Below, piece after piece: positions 1 to 8,811 of a stretch of DNA of 64,000 nt; position 1 is the stretch's first letter; every line of letters begins with the position of its first letter. The translations under genes were made by a program, and so were the position numbers. The DNA lies in the NCBI GenBank assembly GCA_964196115.1, contig CAXMRQ010000181.1, forward strand, positions 223 through 64,222, given 5' to 3'. Origin of the DNA: an uncultured Gammaproteobacteria bacterium (GTDB lineage: Bacteria > Pseudomonadota > Gammaproteobacteria > GCA-001735895). Under the pieces are notes generated by a model. It was not told where the DNA came from. It saw only the letters and a program-made list of their open reading frames with translations, and searched no databases.

Positions 1-1
1 A

Positions 2-1123
2 CCCTATTACCTGATCAACAATATCGATGAAGCTGGCAGTTATTTGCGCGACCCCTCAGAGCATTACAGCAAGCAAAATATTGAGCTGATCCAGCAACGA
101 GTCGACAAAGTTGATTCGAATGCCAAGAAGGTAACGCTCGCCGATGGCAGCACGAGAGATTACGACAAGCTGTTACTGGCCACTGGGTCTAGACCGATAA
201 GTCCTCCGATTCCAGGGCTGGATTTACCGCAGGTGCATTCCTGCTGGACGCTGGAAGACGCACGCCACATTATTGAGCTGGCGCAACCAGGTGCCAATGT
301 CGTGTTAATCGGTGCCGGGTTTATTGGCTGTATCATTCTTGAGGCATTGGTGAAGCGCGGTATTAATTTATCGGTAGTGGAAACCGGAAATCGCATGGTG
401 CCGCGCATGCTTAACGAAAAAGCAGGCGGTCTGCTAGAAAAATGGTGTGTCAATAAGGGCATTGACGTGCATACCTCCTGTAGTGTCGAGTCGGTTACAG
501 CAGCTAATAAAGATCAGGTAGAAGTCAGTTTGAGCGATGGTAGTAAGTTGCCAGCGGCTTTGGTTATTACCGCAACTGGGGTGAAGCCGAATACAGAAAT
601 GCTCGAAGGAACTGATATCAAGCTTGAAGTCGGCGTATTGGTGAATAATTCGATGCAAACCAATAATAGTGATATCTATGCTGCGGGTGACGTGGCGCAG
701 GGTATGGATTTTTCTACCGGTAACTTTGAAGTTCAGGCAATACAACCGACCGCTACAGACCATGGTCGCGTTGCGGCATTGAATATGGCAGGCAAGGCAA
801 CCGAGAATCATGGCAGTCTGAATATGAACGTCCTCGATACCGTAGGATTAATATCCTGCTCGTTTGGCCTTTGGATGGGTGCTGATGGGGGTGAACAGGC
901 TGAGTTATATAATCCAGATGAGTTTCAGTATATCAATCTACAGTTCGACGGTGATTGTCTGGTCGGTGCGAGTACGGTCGGTAAGACCCAGCATGTCGGT
1001 GTTTTGCGCGGTTTGATCGAGTCCAGGGTTAATCTTGGCCCCTGGAAACAACGTTTGATGAGCGATCCGACTGCTATTATGGAAGCTTACGTGGCTTGTA
1101 CTCAGGAATTAGGTTACGTTTGA
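2..1123 (+). CDS. FAD/NAD(P)-dependent pyridine nucleotide-disulfide family oxidoreductase (5' end truncated by window edge)
   Basis: The reading frame is open from position 2. It carries an NAD-binding Rossmann motif (VVLIGAGFIGCIILEAL), and a second, C-terminal dinucleotide-binding motif (DIYAAGDVAQG) typical of rubredoxin/nitrite-reductase-like flavoprotein reductases. Confidence 0.7.
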   Translation, partial: PYYLINNIDEAGSYLRDPSEHYSKQNIELIQQRVDKVDSNAKKVTLADGSTRDYDKLLLATGSRPISPPIPGLDLPQVHSCWTLEDARHIIELAQPGANVVLIGAGFIGCIILEALVKRGINLSVVETGNRMVPRMLNEKAGGLLEKWCVNKGIDVHTSCSVESVTAANKDQVEVSLSDGSKLPAALVITATGVKPNTEMLEGTDIKLEVGVLVNNSMQTNNSDIYAAGDVAQGMDFSTGNFEVQAIQPTATDHGRVAALNMAGKATENHGSLNMNVLDTVGLISCSFGLWMGADGGEQAELYNPDEFQYINLQFDGDCLVGASTVGKTQHVGVLRGLIESRVNLGPWKQRLMSDPTAIMEAYVACTQELGYV

Positions 1124-1163
1124 CGGACAGTTCGTGAAATAGCGATTTGTTCGGGATTCTCAG

Positions 1164-1415
1164 ATGAAACTGTATATCGAGTTCTATGCCTCGTTAATGA
1201 AATACCTGCCGCCCGGCAAATCCAGGTTTCGTCGAGAAATCAGCGTAGAAGATTCGCCGATCTTGAATCGCCTCATCGAGCAATATCATATTTCCCCACA
1301 GGAGGCTCATCTTGTGCTGGTTAATGGAAGATTTGTTAATCCTGAAGATCGGGATCACAGAGTTTTGCAGCAAGGTGACGTTATTTCTATCTGGCCGCCG
1401 GTAGCAGGGGGTTAA
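1164..1415 (+). CDS. MoaD/ThiS-family ubiquitin-like sulfur carrier protein with C-terminal Gly-Gly
   Basis: An 83-aa protein ending ...VISIWPPVAGG*. Its size and GG tail, and its position directly upstream of an E1-like enzyme, fit a sulfur carrier. Confidence 0.7.
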   Translation: MKLYIEFYASLMKYLPPGKSRFRREISVEDSPILNRLIEQYHISPQEAHLVLVNGRFVNPEDRDHRVLQQGDVISIWPPVAGG

Positions 1416-1419
1416 GTCT

Positions 1420-1737
1420 ATGCCTGCCGGTGCAGGGATAATCGAATACGAAATGGGCTACGGGGCCGATGAATTCGGCAATGTTTTGCAAGGCACGTTC
1501 AGTGGAGAAAAATCTCCTTATCGCTACGAGACGCTTGCCAGGCATCACTGGCGTATGAGTCAGCTCGACAGCGAATTGAATATAGAAATTCAGGTTGAGG
1601 AAATGCCGCCCCGCAGGCTCGGTTTATTTGCATTACCGGTACTGCAGGTTAAGTTCTATCTGCATCAAACTACCCTTGATGATCAGACCGGGTTTTTCGA
1701 CCGGTTTCATAAATATTTTCATAAAGGAGGCGGTTAG
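1420..1737 (+). CDS. hypothetical protein (105 aa, ends GGG) between the sulfur carrier and the E1-like gene
   Basis: The ORF is tightly packed, starting 4 nt after the MoaD-like stop and ending exactly at the TTG start of the next gene. An AAGGAGG RBS lies inside its 3' end. I recognise no family. Confidence 0.4.
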   Translation: MPAGAGIIEYEMGYGADEFGNVLQGTFSGEKSPYRYETLARHHWRMSQLDSELNIEIQVEEMPPRRLGLFALPVLQVKFYLHQTTLDDQTGFFDRFHKYFHKGGG

Positions 1738-2478
1738 TTGGACGCCGAGCAAGAGGATCGCTATAGCCGTCAAATTCGATTAGCTCAGATAGGCGAACCC
1801 GGTCAGCAAAAAATTCTCGATTCGAGTGCGCTGATAGTCGGTATGGGTGGTCTCGGATCGCCTGCGGCAATGTATCTGGCAGCGGCAGGCATCGGCAAGC
1901 TGGTAATCACCGATTACGATATGGTCGAAGTTTCTAACTTGCAACGCCAGATCATTCATAATACCGCCAGAATTGGTGATAACAAGGTGGACTCGGCGAA
2001 GCAGAGTATCGAGGCGATCAACCCTGATTGTCAGGTAGAGACCATCAACTATCAGCTCGACGAAGAAGAATTAAAATCAGTCATCCAGCGTGTCGACATC
2101 GTGCTTGATTGCTGTGACAACTTTCCCACTCGTTTCGAAGTTAATCGATATTGCGTGGAAACCGAAACACCACTGGTTTCAGGCGCAGCGATCCGGCTCG
2201 AGGGCCAGATCATGAATTTCCAGCCGAAAGTTAATGGGCCGTGTTATCAATGTCTGTATACGCAAGTTTACGAAAATGCCGAGACCTGTGAAATGGAGGG
2301 TGTACTTGGCCCGGTAGTCGGCGTCATCGGCACCATGCAGGCGCTACAGACACTGTTGATTTTGACCGGTCAGGGGGAACCATTAATCGGTAAATTACTG
2401 CTACTGGATGCCGCCAGCATGGAGTGGCAGGGGGTAAAATTACCCAGGAATCCGGCTTGCCCGGTGTGTGGGGCGTAG
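1738..2478 (+). CDS. MoeB/ThiF/HesA-family E1-like adenylyltransferase (short form, no rhodanese domain)
   Basis: Carries RYSRQI..., the nucleotide-binding loop GMGGLGSPAAMYLAAAGIG and paired CxxC motifs (CYQC...CPVC). It uses a TTG start preceded by AAGGAGG 8-9 nt upstream. Confidence 0.8.
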   Translation: MDAEQEDRYSRQIRLAQIGEPGQQKILDSSALIVGMGGLGSPAAMYLAAAGIGKLVITDYDMVEVSNLQRQIIHNTARIGDNKVDSAKQSIEAINPDCQVETINYQLDEEELKSVIQRVDIVLDCCDNFPTRFEVNRYCVETETPLVSGAAIRLEGQIMNFQPKVNGPCYQCLYTQVYENAETCEMEGVLGPVVGVIGTMQALQTLLILTGQGEPLIGKLLLLDAASMEWQGVKLPRNPACPVCGA

Positions 2479-2518
2479 AGGCAGGGGTGTTCCATCATCC
2501 CAAGTCCGATAGTTTATT

Positions 2519-2575
2519 GGTCGAATGAATTCGACCCTACCTGGAAGTACCCTGTAGGGCCGAATTTATTCGGCC
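2519..2575. repeat. REP-like palindromic element (family gtagggYcgaat..attcgRccctac), copy 1
   Basis: Shows two hairpins: ggtcgaatgaattcgacc and gtagggccgaatttattcggcc. The same element recurs at 7914-7969 and 49744-49810. Confidence 0.7.
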
Positions 2576-2581
2576 TGCTAA

Positions 2582-3405
2582 CTAAATAAACCGCAGTGAA
2601 AAATCGATTGCTCGTAAGTGCTTGGTGAGGGCACCGATAGAGATAAAATCGACGCCGGTTTCGGCAATCTGTAGTAGGGTCTCGTCGGTAATATTACCGG
2701 AAGCGTCGAGTTGAATACGATTATTGTTCAATGCAACGGCTTGCTTCATATCCTCTATATCGAAATTATCCAGTAAAGCACGATCTACTTTGACGTCTAG
2801 CGCCTGCTGTAACTGATCCAGATCCTCGACTTCGACTTCCAGTAAACAATCAGGTCGTAACGCCCGACCACGTTCGACTGCTGCTCTAATGCTACCGCTC
2901 GCAGCAAGATGATTTTCCTTGATTAGATAAGCGTCAAAAGCCCGAGTCGATGATTCATGCCACCCCCGCAATGAACCGCATATTTCTGCGCGCGTCGAAG
3001 ATGCGGAATGGTCTTACGGGTATCGAGGATACGGCAGGCTGTCTGTTTAATTCGGTCGGCATAGAGGCAGGTGGTGGTCGCGGTGCCCGACAGGGTTTGC
3101 AGGAAATTGAGTGCGGTGCGTTCAGCGGTGAGCATCGCCCTCGCGCTGCCGGAAATCTCACACAGTATGCTATTGGCGACAACTCGATCACCATCTGTAG
3201 CATTCCATTTAATCTGAATAGAGCGGTCGCATTGTTTGAAGGCTTCGTTAAACCAGGCGGCACCGCCTAGCACGGCATCCTCGCGCACCAGCAATTGCAT
3301 ATGGAGTTGCGCGGATTCGCCAATCAGCATGGCGCCGAGATACTTTCCGCTCTGAGAGTGCACAACCGGCACGGCTTCGCCGATGTAGTCGCGCATTGCT
3401 TCCAT
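2582..3405 (-). pseudogene. nadC: nadC pseudogene fused in-frame to a duplicated 3' fragment of the ClC channel gene
   Basis: Two overlapping minus-strand ORFs (2923-3405 and 2582-2971) together are collinear with the intact nadC at 7976-8803. There is a frameshift near 2925-2970. The N-terminus MEAMRDYIGEAVPVVHSQSGKYLGAM is the C-terminal CBS-region tail of the ClC gene. Relative to copy 2, about 145 bp are deleted at a catggcgc microhomology. Confidence 0.75.
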
Positions 3406-3478
3406 TGCACTCCAAAGACTCGGCGTTTGGTCGAATATGAGACCGTGATTCCAAGCAGAGTGAAGAGTAGCAAATCGG

Positions 3479-4117
3479 CTAATCGTCCTGGCCTTCGCGG
3501 TGACGTGACATGAAACGGGCTAATTCAGATTCCGTCGGATACAGCCCTGTGAAATTTTCTACATAGGCTGGCATGCGTTTCAGGCGTTCCGATTTCGGCT
3601 CGTCCACCATCATCGATATATAACCCACCTGCGTGTAATACACGGTACGCGCACGCACATCAACCTGTTCAACACTGAACCCGAAACGCGCAAACATGGC
3701 ACGAATCGCATCAATTCTTTCCTCGTCGGTTAGTTCAAGAATTTGCTTTAATTTCGCGGAGTGATGCGCCCAGTTGCGAATCGCAAAGTCCATGCGTGCG
3801 TCAAACAGCTGTGGATCTATCCAGCAATCGAACAGGTTCAGCACAGCCTCGCTAATGGTTTCTGCATACAACTCGGTCTGCGCGATCAAATTACCGGTAT
3901 TGTGCGCCTTCCAGCGTTCGATCAATGCGTCGAGCAGCGTATTACGGTCGTCGAAATGCCAGTAAAAGCTGGTGCGCGACAGTTTCAACGCGGCGGCCAG
4001 GGACATTACCTTAACCGACTCGACGCCGGACTCGATCAACATCTTGTGCGCCGCATCAAGCCATAATTCTTCCGACCCTCGCCAGCCGCTCTTTTTAATT
4101 AGGTTTCCGTTTTGCAT
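3479..4117 (-). CDS. TetR/AcrR-family transcriptional regulator
   Basis: Has an N-terminal HTH (WLDAAHKMLIESGVESVKVMSLAAALKLSRTSFYWHF). It is transcribed divergently from the mttB-like gene and shares a palindromic operator-like site with it. Confidence 0.8.
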   Translation of the reverse strand: MQNGNLIKKSGWRGSEELWLDAAHKMLIESGVESVKVMSLAAALKLSRTSFYWHFDDRNTLLDALIERWKAHNTGNLIAQTELYAETISEAVLNLFDCWIDPQLFDARMDFAIRNWAHHSAKLKQILELTDEERIDAIRAMFARFGFSVEQVDVRARTVYYTQVGYISMMVDEPKSERLKRMPAYVENFTGLYPTESELARFMSRHREGQDD

Positions 4118-4167
4118 GGGCTAATAATCAAAGGCTTATTAATGTATAAACAGTAATGTCTATTATA

Positions 4168-4183
4168 TTGACATTAATGTCAA
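4168..4183. promoter_or_regulatory. perfect 16-bp palindrome TTGACATTAATGTCAA in the divergent TetR/MttB intergenic region (candidate TetR operator)
   Basis: The sequence read directly is its own reverse complement. It sits between divergent genes, and a half-site-like TAATGTC also occurs at 4154-4160. Confidence 0.5.
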
Positions 4184-4219
4184 GTTTGCTATTGTTCACG
4201 CTATTCTGAGCCGGATAAA

Positions 4220-5818
4220 GTGAAAGCGATCATGACGCAGCAAGGGTTATCCAACAACCGACAGTCTGGCAAACGACGCAGCAACAGCCGTGCCAAGCTT
4301 CGAACCAAGCGTCTGGGTGAATCGGCACAGAACCGTCATCTCCAGGTAGCCTATATCACCCGCAAAATTCCCACCTATGACTTGCTGGATGAAGAAAGTC
4401 TGGTGAAAATTGAACAGGCCACCGACACCATTCTTGCAGAGATCGGCATCGAGTTTCGCGACGATGCGGAGACTGTCGATCTATTCCGTGAAGCCGGGGG
4501 ACAAGTCACTAAGATTAGCGATATAGCCTCGAACATTAAATTTGAGCCGGGTATGATCGGTGAGATATTAAAAACCGCACCGCAACGATTTACCCAGCAT
4601 GCTCGCAACCCCGCAAGGTCGGTGCAGATCGGTGGCGACGCCATGGTGTTTGCTCCTGCTTATGGATCGCCATTTGTTATGGATGTGGATAAGGGTCGGC
4701 GTTATGGAACCCTGTCGGACTTTGAAAATTTCGTCAAACTCGCGCAGTCGAGCCCCTGGTTACACCATTCGGGGGGGACCATCTGCGAACCAACCGATAT
4801 TCCAGTCAACAAACGACATCTGGATATGGTGTATGCCCATATGCGCTACTCTGATCGTGCTTTCCTGGGTTCAATCACCTCGCCGGAACGCGCCGCCGAC
4901 AGTATCGAGATGTGCCGCATTCTGTTCGGTACAGATTTCGTTGCAGATAACTGTGTCATCATGGGTAACTTTAATTCCACCTCGCCACTGATCTGGGACG
5001 GCGTTTCCACCAGGGGTATCCGCAACTATGCCGAGGCCGGTCAGGGCTCGATCCTGTTGCCATTTCTGCTCGGGGGCGCGGTGTCGCCGGTTACGATACC
5101 CGGTGCAGTTGCACAAGGTATGGCTGAATCCCTGGTCGGATGCGCGCTAACCCAGCTAGTGCGTCCTGGCGCTCCGGCTATTCTGGCATCTTTCATTTCA
5201 TCGATTTCGTTACGCTCCGGCAGCCCGACTTTCGGTACCCCCGAACCGGCACTAGGTAGTCTGGTCATCGGACAACTGGCGCGACGCCTGAAACTACCAT
5301 TGCGTTGCGCGGGTAATTTTTCTACCTCAAAGCTACCCGATGCCCAGGCGATGACGCAAAGCGTTATGTCGATGATGTCCGCAGTACAATGCGGTGCGAA
5401 CTACATTCTGCATGCAGCCGGCTTCCTTGATGGCCTGTTGTCGATGTCATATGAAAAATTTATGCTCGATAGTGATCTTTGCGGCGCGCTGCACAGCTAT
5501 CTCAACGGCTTAGAGATCAATGACGACACACTGGGTATCGACGCCCTGCGCGAAGGCGGGCCGGGTGTGCACATGTTTGGTACCGCGCATACATTGGCGC
5601 ATTACGAGAATGCCTATTGGGACAGTGGTATCAATGACGACCAACCTTACGAAAGCTGGTCGGAACAGGGCAGCGAGGACTCCATGCAACGCGCCAACCG
5701 CAAATGGAAGAAAACCCTCGAAGACTACCAGGTGCCACCGATGGACGAGGCCACCAACGAGGCATTGAAAGACTTTATTGCGCGGCGTAAGGCGTCCATG
5801 GACGACGCCTGGTATTAA
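4220..5818 (+). CDS. MttB-superfamily (trimethylamine methyltransferase-like, non-pyrrolysine) methyltransferase
   Basis: A 532-aa protein with the overall MttB fold signature (TIM-barrel regions ...GGDAMVFAPAYGSPFVMD..., ...ILHAAGFLDGLLSMSYEKFMLDSDL...). It has no in-frame amber codon. The start may be GTG at 4220 or ATG at 4232. Confidence 0.75.
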   Translation: MKAIMTQQGLSNNRQSGKRRSNSRAKLRTKRLGESAQNRHLQVAYITRKIPTYDLLDEESLVKIEQATDTILAEIGIEFRDDAETVDLFREAGGQVTKISDIASNIKFEPGMIGEILKTAPQRFTQHARNPARSVQIGGDAMVFAPAYGSPFVMDVDKGRRYGTLSDFENFVKLAQSSPWLHHSGGTICEPTDIPVNKRHLDMVYAHMRYSDRAFLGSITSPERAADSIEMCRILFGTDFVADNCVIMGNFNSTSPLIWDGVSTRGIRNYAEAGQGSILLPFLLGGAVSPVTIPGAVAQGMAESLVGCALTQLVRPGAPAILASFISSISLRSGSPTFGTPEPALGSLVIGQLARRLKLPLRCAGNFSTSKLPDAQAMTQSVMSMMSAVQCGANYILHAAGFLDGLLSMSYEKFMLDSDLCGALHSYLNGLEINDDTLGIDALREGGPGVHMFGTAHTLAHYENAYWDSGINDDQPYESWSEQGSEDSMQRANRKWKKTLEDYQVPPMDEATNEALKDFIARRKASMDDAWY

Positions 5819-5867
5819 CAGAAACCTCCCTTAGATATATAAATCACCCGTCACGAGGTCGAAAAAA

Positions 5868-7904
5868 ATGACGAATGACCCACTGCTGCAGCCTTATCAG
5901 CTCAAACACCTGACGCTGAAAAATCGTATTATGACTACCAGTCATGAACCTGCCTACCCTGAGGATGGCATGCCGAAGGAGCGCTATCGGGCGTACCACG
6001 AGGAGCGTGCGAAGGCTGGCCTGGGTTTGACCATGACCGCCGGTTCAGCCGCCGTATCGAAGGACAGTCCCCCGGTTTTTAACAACATCCTTGCCTACAA
6101 GGACGAAGTGGTGCCGTGGATGCGTCAGGTGGTTGACAGCTGCCATGAGCACGGATGCGCGGTGATGATTCAGCTCACCCATCTAGGTCGTCGCACCGGC
6201 TGGAACAAGGGGGACTGGTTACCTGCTGTCTCGCCCTCGCACAACCGCGAAGCGGCGCACCGTGCGTTCCCGAAAAAACTCGAGGACTGGGATATTGTTC
6301 GCATCATCTCTGACTATGCCGATGCCGCAGAACGCATGCAGGCCGCCGGTCTGGACGGTATCGAACTGCAGGCCTATGGTCACCTGATGGATCAGTTCTG
6401 GTCGCCATTAACCAATACCCTGGATGGACCTTACGGTGGCCCGCTTGAAAACCGCCTGCGTTTTTCGATGGAGGTTCTGCAGGCGATTCGAAAACGTGTT
6501 GGTGAAGAATTCATCGTCGGTATTCGTTACACCGCCGACGAAGTCGCCGAGGGTGGTATTTCCGCCGACGAAGGTATCGAGATATCAAAACGTTTAAAAG
6601 ACACGGGCCTGGTCGATTTCCTCAACGTCATCCGCGGTCATATCGACACTGACCCCGGGCTTACCGATGTCATCCCGGTGCAAGGTATGCGAAGCGCGCC
6701 GTTCCTGGATTTTGCCGGCGAGGTGCGCAAGACCACCGGTATGCCCACTTTCTACGCGGCACGCATCCCTGATGTTGCTACCGCGCGCTACGCGGTCGGG
6801 GCGGGTCTTATCGACATGGTTGGTATGACACGTGCACATATGGCTGACCCGCATATCGTGCGAAAAATCGTTGAAGGCCGGGAGGGCGATATCCGCCCCT
6901 GTGTTGGTGCGACCTACTGTCTCGATCGTATTTATCAGGGCGGCGATGCGCTTTGTATGCACAATGCCGCCACAGGCCGCGAACTCACCATGCCGCATGA
7001 CATCCCAGTCGCAGATAATCGTAAAAAGGTGGTGATTGTCGGTGCCGGCCCGGCCGGGCTCGAAGCGGCGCGTATTGCCGCCGAACGTGGCCACTCTGTT
7101 ATTGTTTTCGAAGCCACCACTGACCCGGGTGGACAAATACGCCTGGCTATGCAAAGCGAGCGTCGGCGTGAAATGATCTCGATTATCGACTGGCGTATGT
7201 CGCAGTGCCACAAACGCGATGTAGAATTCCACTTTAACACTTTGGCTGAAGTCGAAGACATCCTCGCTAGTAATCCCGATGTCGTAATTATCGCCACTGG
7301 TGGACTGCCGCATACCGAGGTTCTGCAAGCCGGCAACGAGCTGGTTGTATCGAGTTGGGATATCATTTCTCGCAGTGTAAAACCGGGTCAGGACGTGCTG
7401 GTTTACGATGATGCTGGCGACCATGCCGGCCTGCAAGCCGCCGAAATAATCGCGGCAACCGGCGCCAGTGTTGAAATTATGACCCCGGATCGGAGCTTTG
7501 CGCCCGAGGTTATGGCGATGAATCTGGTCCCCTATATGCGTAGCATGCAGGATAAAAACGTGACCTTTACCGTCACCTATCGCCTAAAGCGCGTAGAAAA
7601 AGATGGCGATAGTCTGAACGCGATTATTGGCAGCGATTACAGCGACCTTATAAAACAACGCAGCTTCGACCAGATTATCGTCAATCACGGTACGATACCG
7701 ATGGACGAGCTTTATTTCGAACTGAAACCACAATCTTCCAACCTGGGTGCCGTGGACCAGGATGCACTAATCGCTGGTAAGCCGCAGTCGCTGAATACTA
7801 ATCCGCACGGCAATTTCCAGCTATTTCGCATCGGTGATGCCGTTTCTGCACGTAATACGCATGCAGCGATATACGATGCATTACGACTGATGAAGGATAT
7901 TTGA
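5868..7904 (+). CDS. trimethylamine dehydrogenase / DgcA / 2,4-dienoyl-CoA reductase-family flavoprotein
   Basis: The N-terminal Old Yellow Enzyme-like FMN domain carries a cysteine-rich stretch (RPCVGATYCLDRIYQGGDALC) matching the [4Fe-4S] motif of TMADH-type enzymes. It also has a Rossmann motif VVIVGAGPAGLEAA and a second, C-terminal dinucleotide motif. Confidence 0.75.
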   Translation: MTNDPLLQPYQLKHLTLKNRIMTTSHEPAYPEDGMPKERYRAYHEERAKAGLGLTMTAGSAAVSKDSPPVFNNILAYKDEVVPWMRQVVDSCHEHGCAVMIQLTHLGRRTGWNKGDWLPAVSPSHNREAAHRAFPKKLEDWDIVRIISDYADAAERMQAAGLDGIELQAYGHLMDQFWSPLTNTLDGPYGGPLENRLRFSMEVLQAIRKRVGEEFIVGIRYTADEVAEGGISADEGIEISKRLKDTGLVDFLNVIRGHIDTDPGLTDVIPVQGMRSAPFLDFAGEVRKTTGMPTFYAARIPDVATARYAVGAGLIDMVGMTRAHMADPHIVRKIVEGREGDIRPCVGATYCLDRIYQGGDALCMHNAATGRELTMPHDIPVADNRKKVVIVGAGPAGLEAARIAAERGHSVIVFEATTDPGGQIRLAMQSERRREMISIIDWRMSQCHKRDVEFHFNTLAEVEDILASNPDVVIIATGGLPHTEVLQAGNELVVSSWDIISRSVKPGQDVLVYDDAGDHAGLQAAEIIAATGASVEIMTPDRSFAPEVMAMNLVPYMRSMQDKNVTFTVTYRLKRVEKDGDSLNAIIGSDYSDLIKQRSFDQIIVNHGTIPMDELYFELKPQSSNLGAVDQDALIAGKPQSLNTNPHGNFQLFRIGDAVSARNTHAAIYDALRLMKDI

Positions 7905-7913
7905 GACGGTTTT

Positions 7914-7969
7914 GTAGGGTCGAATTCATTCGACCGGTTTAATGAAGTGCAGGCCGAAATTATTCGGCC
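7914..7969. repeat. REP-like palindromic element, copy 2 (terminator-like, downstream of nadC)
   Basis: Same family as 2519-2575, with hairpins ggtcgaattcattcgacc and ggccgaaattattcggcc. Confidence 0.7.
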
Positions 7970-7975
7970 TGCTAA

Positions 7976-8803
7976 CTAAGCGAAGCGCAAAGAAAAATCG
8001 ATTGCCCGCAGGTGTTTGGTGAGGGCGCCAATTGAAATAAAATCGACACCGGTTTCGGCAATCTGTAGTAGGGTTTCGCAGGTAATGTTGCCTGAGGCCT
8101 CTAGCTGGATGCGGTTGTGGTTTAATGCGACGGCCTGTTTCATCGCTTCGATGCTGAAATTGTCCAATAATGCCCGGTCAACCCTGGCCTCAATGGCCTG
8201 CTGTAACTGATCCAGATCCTCAACTTCGACTTCGAGCAGACAGTCGGGTCGTAACGCCCGGCCACGTTCGACTGCCGCTTTAATGCTACCGCTCGCTGCG
8301 AGATGATTTTCCTTGATCAGGTAAGCGTCAAAAAGTCCGATTCGATGATTCATGCCGCCCCCGCACTGAACCGCATATTTCTGCGCGCGTCGAAGATGTG
8401 GAATGGTCTTACGGGTATCCAGGATTCGACAGGCTGTGTGTTTAATGCGGTCGGCATAGAGACTGGTGGTGGTCGCGGTGCCCGACAGGGTTTGCAGAAA
8501 ATTGAGCGCGGTGCGTTCGGCGGTGAGCATCGCCCGCGCATTACCTGAAATTTCACACAGTATGCTATTGGCGACGACCCGATCACCATCTACAGCATTC
8601 CATTTAATCTGAATGGAATGGTCGCATTGTTTGAAGGCTTCGTTAAACCAGGCGGTACCGCATAGCACGACGTCCTCGCGCACCAGCAATTGCATATGGA
8701 GTTGCGCGGATTCGCCAATCAGCATGGCGCTGATATCGCCGCTACCAACGTCTTCCGCAAGCGCCAGTTTTATGTCTTCGGGTATGGCCTGTTGCAAGTC
8801 CAT
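7976..8803 (-). CDS. nadC: nicotinate-nucleotide pyrophosphorylase (quinolinate phosphoribosyltransferase)
   Basis: A 275-aa protein with the typical NadC motifs (TAERTALNFLQTLSG, ILDTRKTIPHLR, NHR) at full length. Confidence 0.9.
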   Translation of the reverse strand: MDLQQAIPEDIKLALAEDVGSGDISAMLIGESAQLHMQLLVREDVVLCGTAWFNEAFKQCDHSIQIKWNAVDGDRVVANSILCEISGNARAMLTAERTALNFLQTLSGTATTTSLYADRIKHTACRILDTRKTIPHLRRAQKYAVQCGGGMNHRIGLFDAYLIKENHLAASGSIKAAVERGRALRPDCLLEVEVEDLDQLQQAIEARVDRALLDNFSIEAMKQAVALNHNRIQLEASGNITCETLLQIAETGVDFISIGALTKHLRAIDFSLRFA

Positions 8804-8811
8804 CGGTTATT

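Noticed and set aside
1420-1737. Interpreting the 105-aa ORF as a JAMM/MPN deconjugating peptidase, as in CysO-Mec systems
   Set aside because: No HxH...S..D JAMM motif is present. The ORF is kept as hypothetical.
2950-3270. Plus-strand ORFs (2950-3270, 3295-3513, 8303-8548, 8613-9101) and many other 60-160 aa ORFs antisense to nadC, the ClC gene, the rnf genes, metG and the helicase
   Set aside because: They overlap well-supported genes on the opposite strand, have no recognisable motifs and show the amino-acid bias of reverse-frame readthrough of GC-rich coding sequence.
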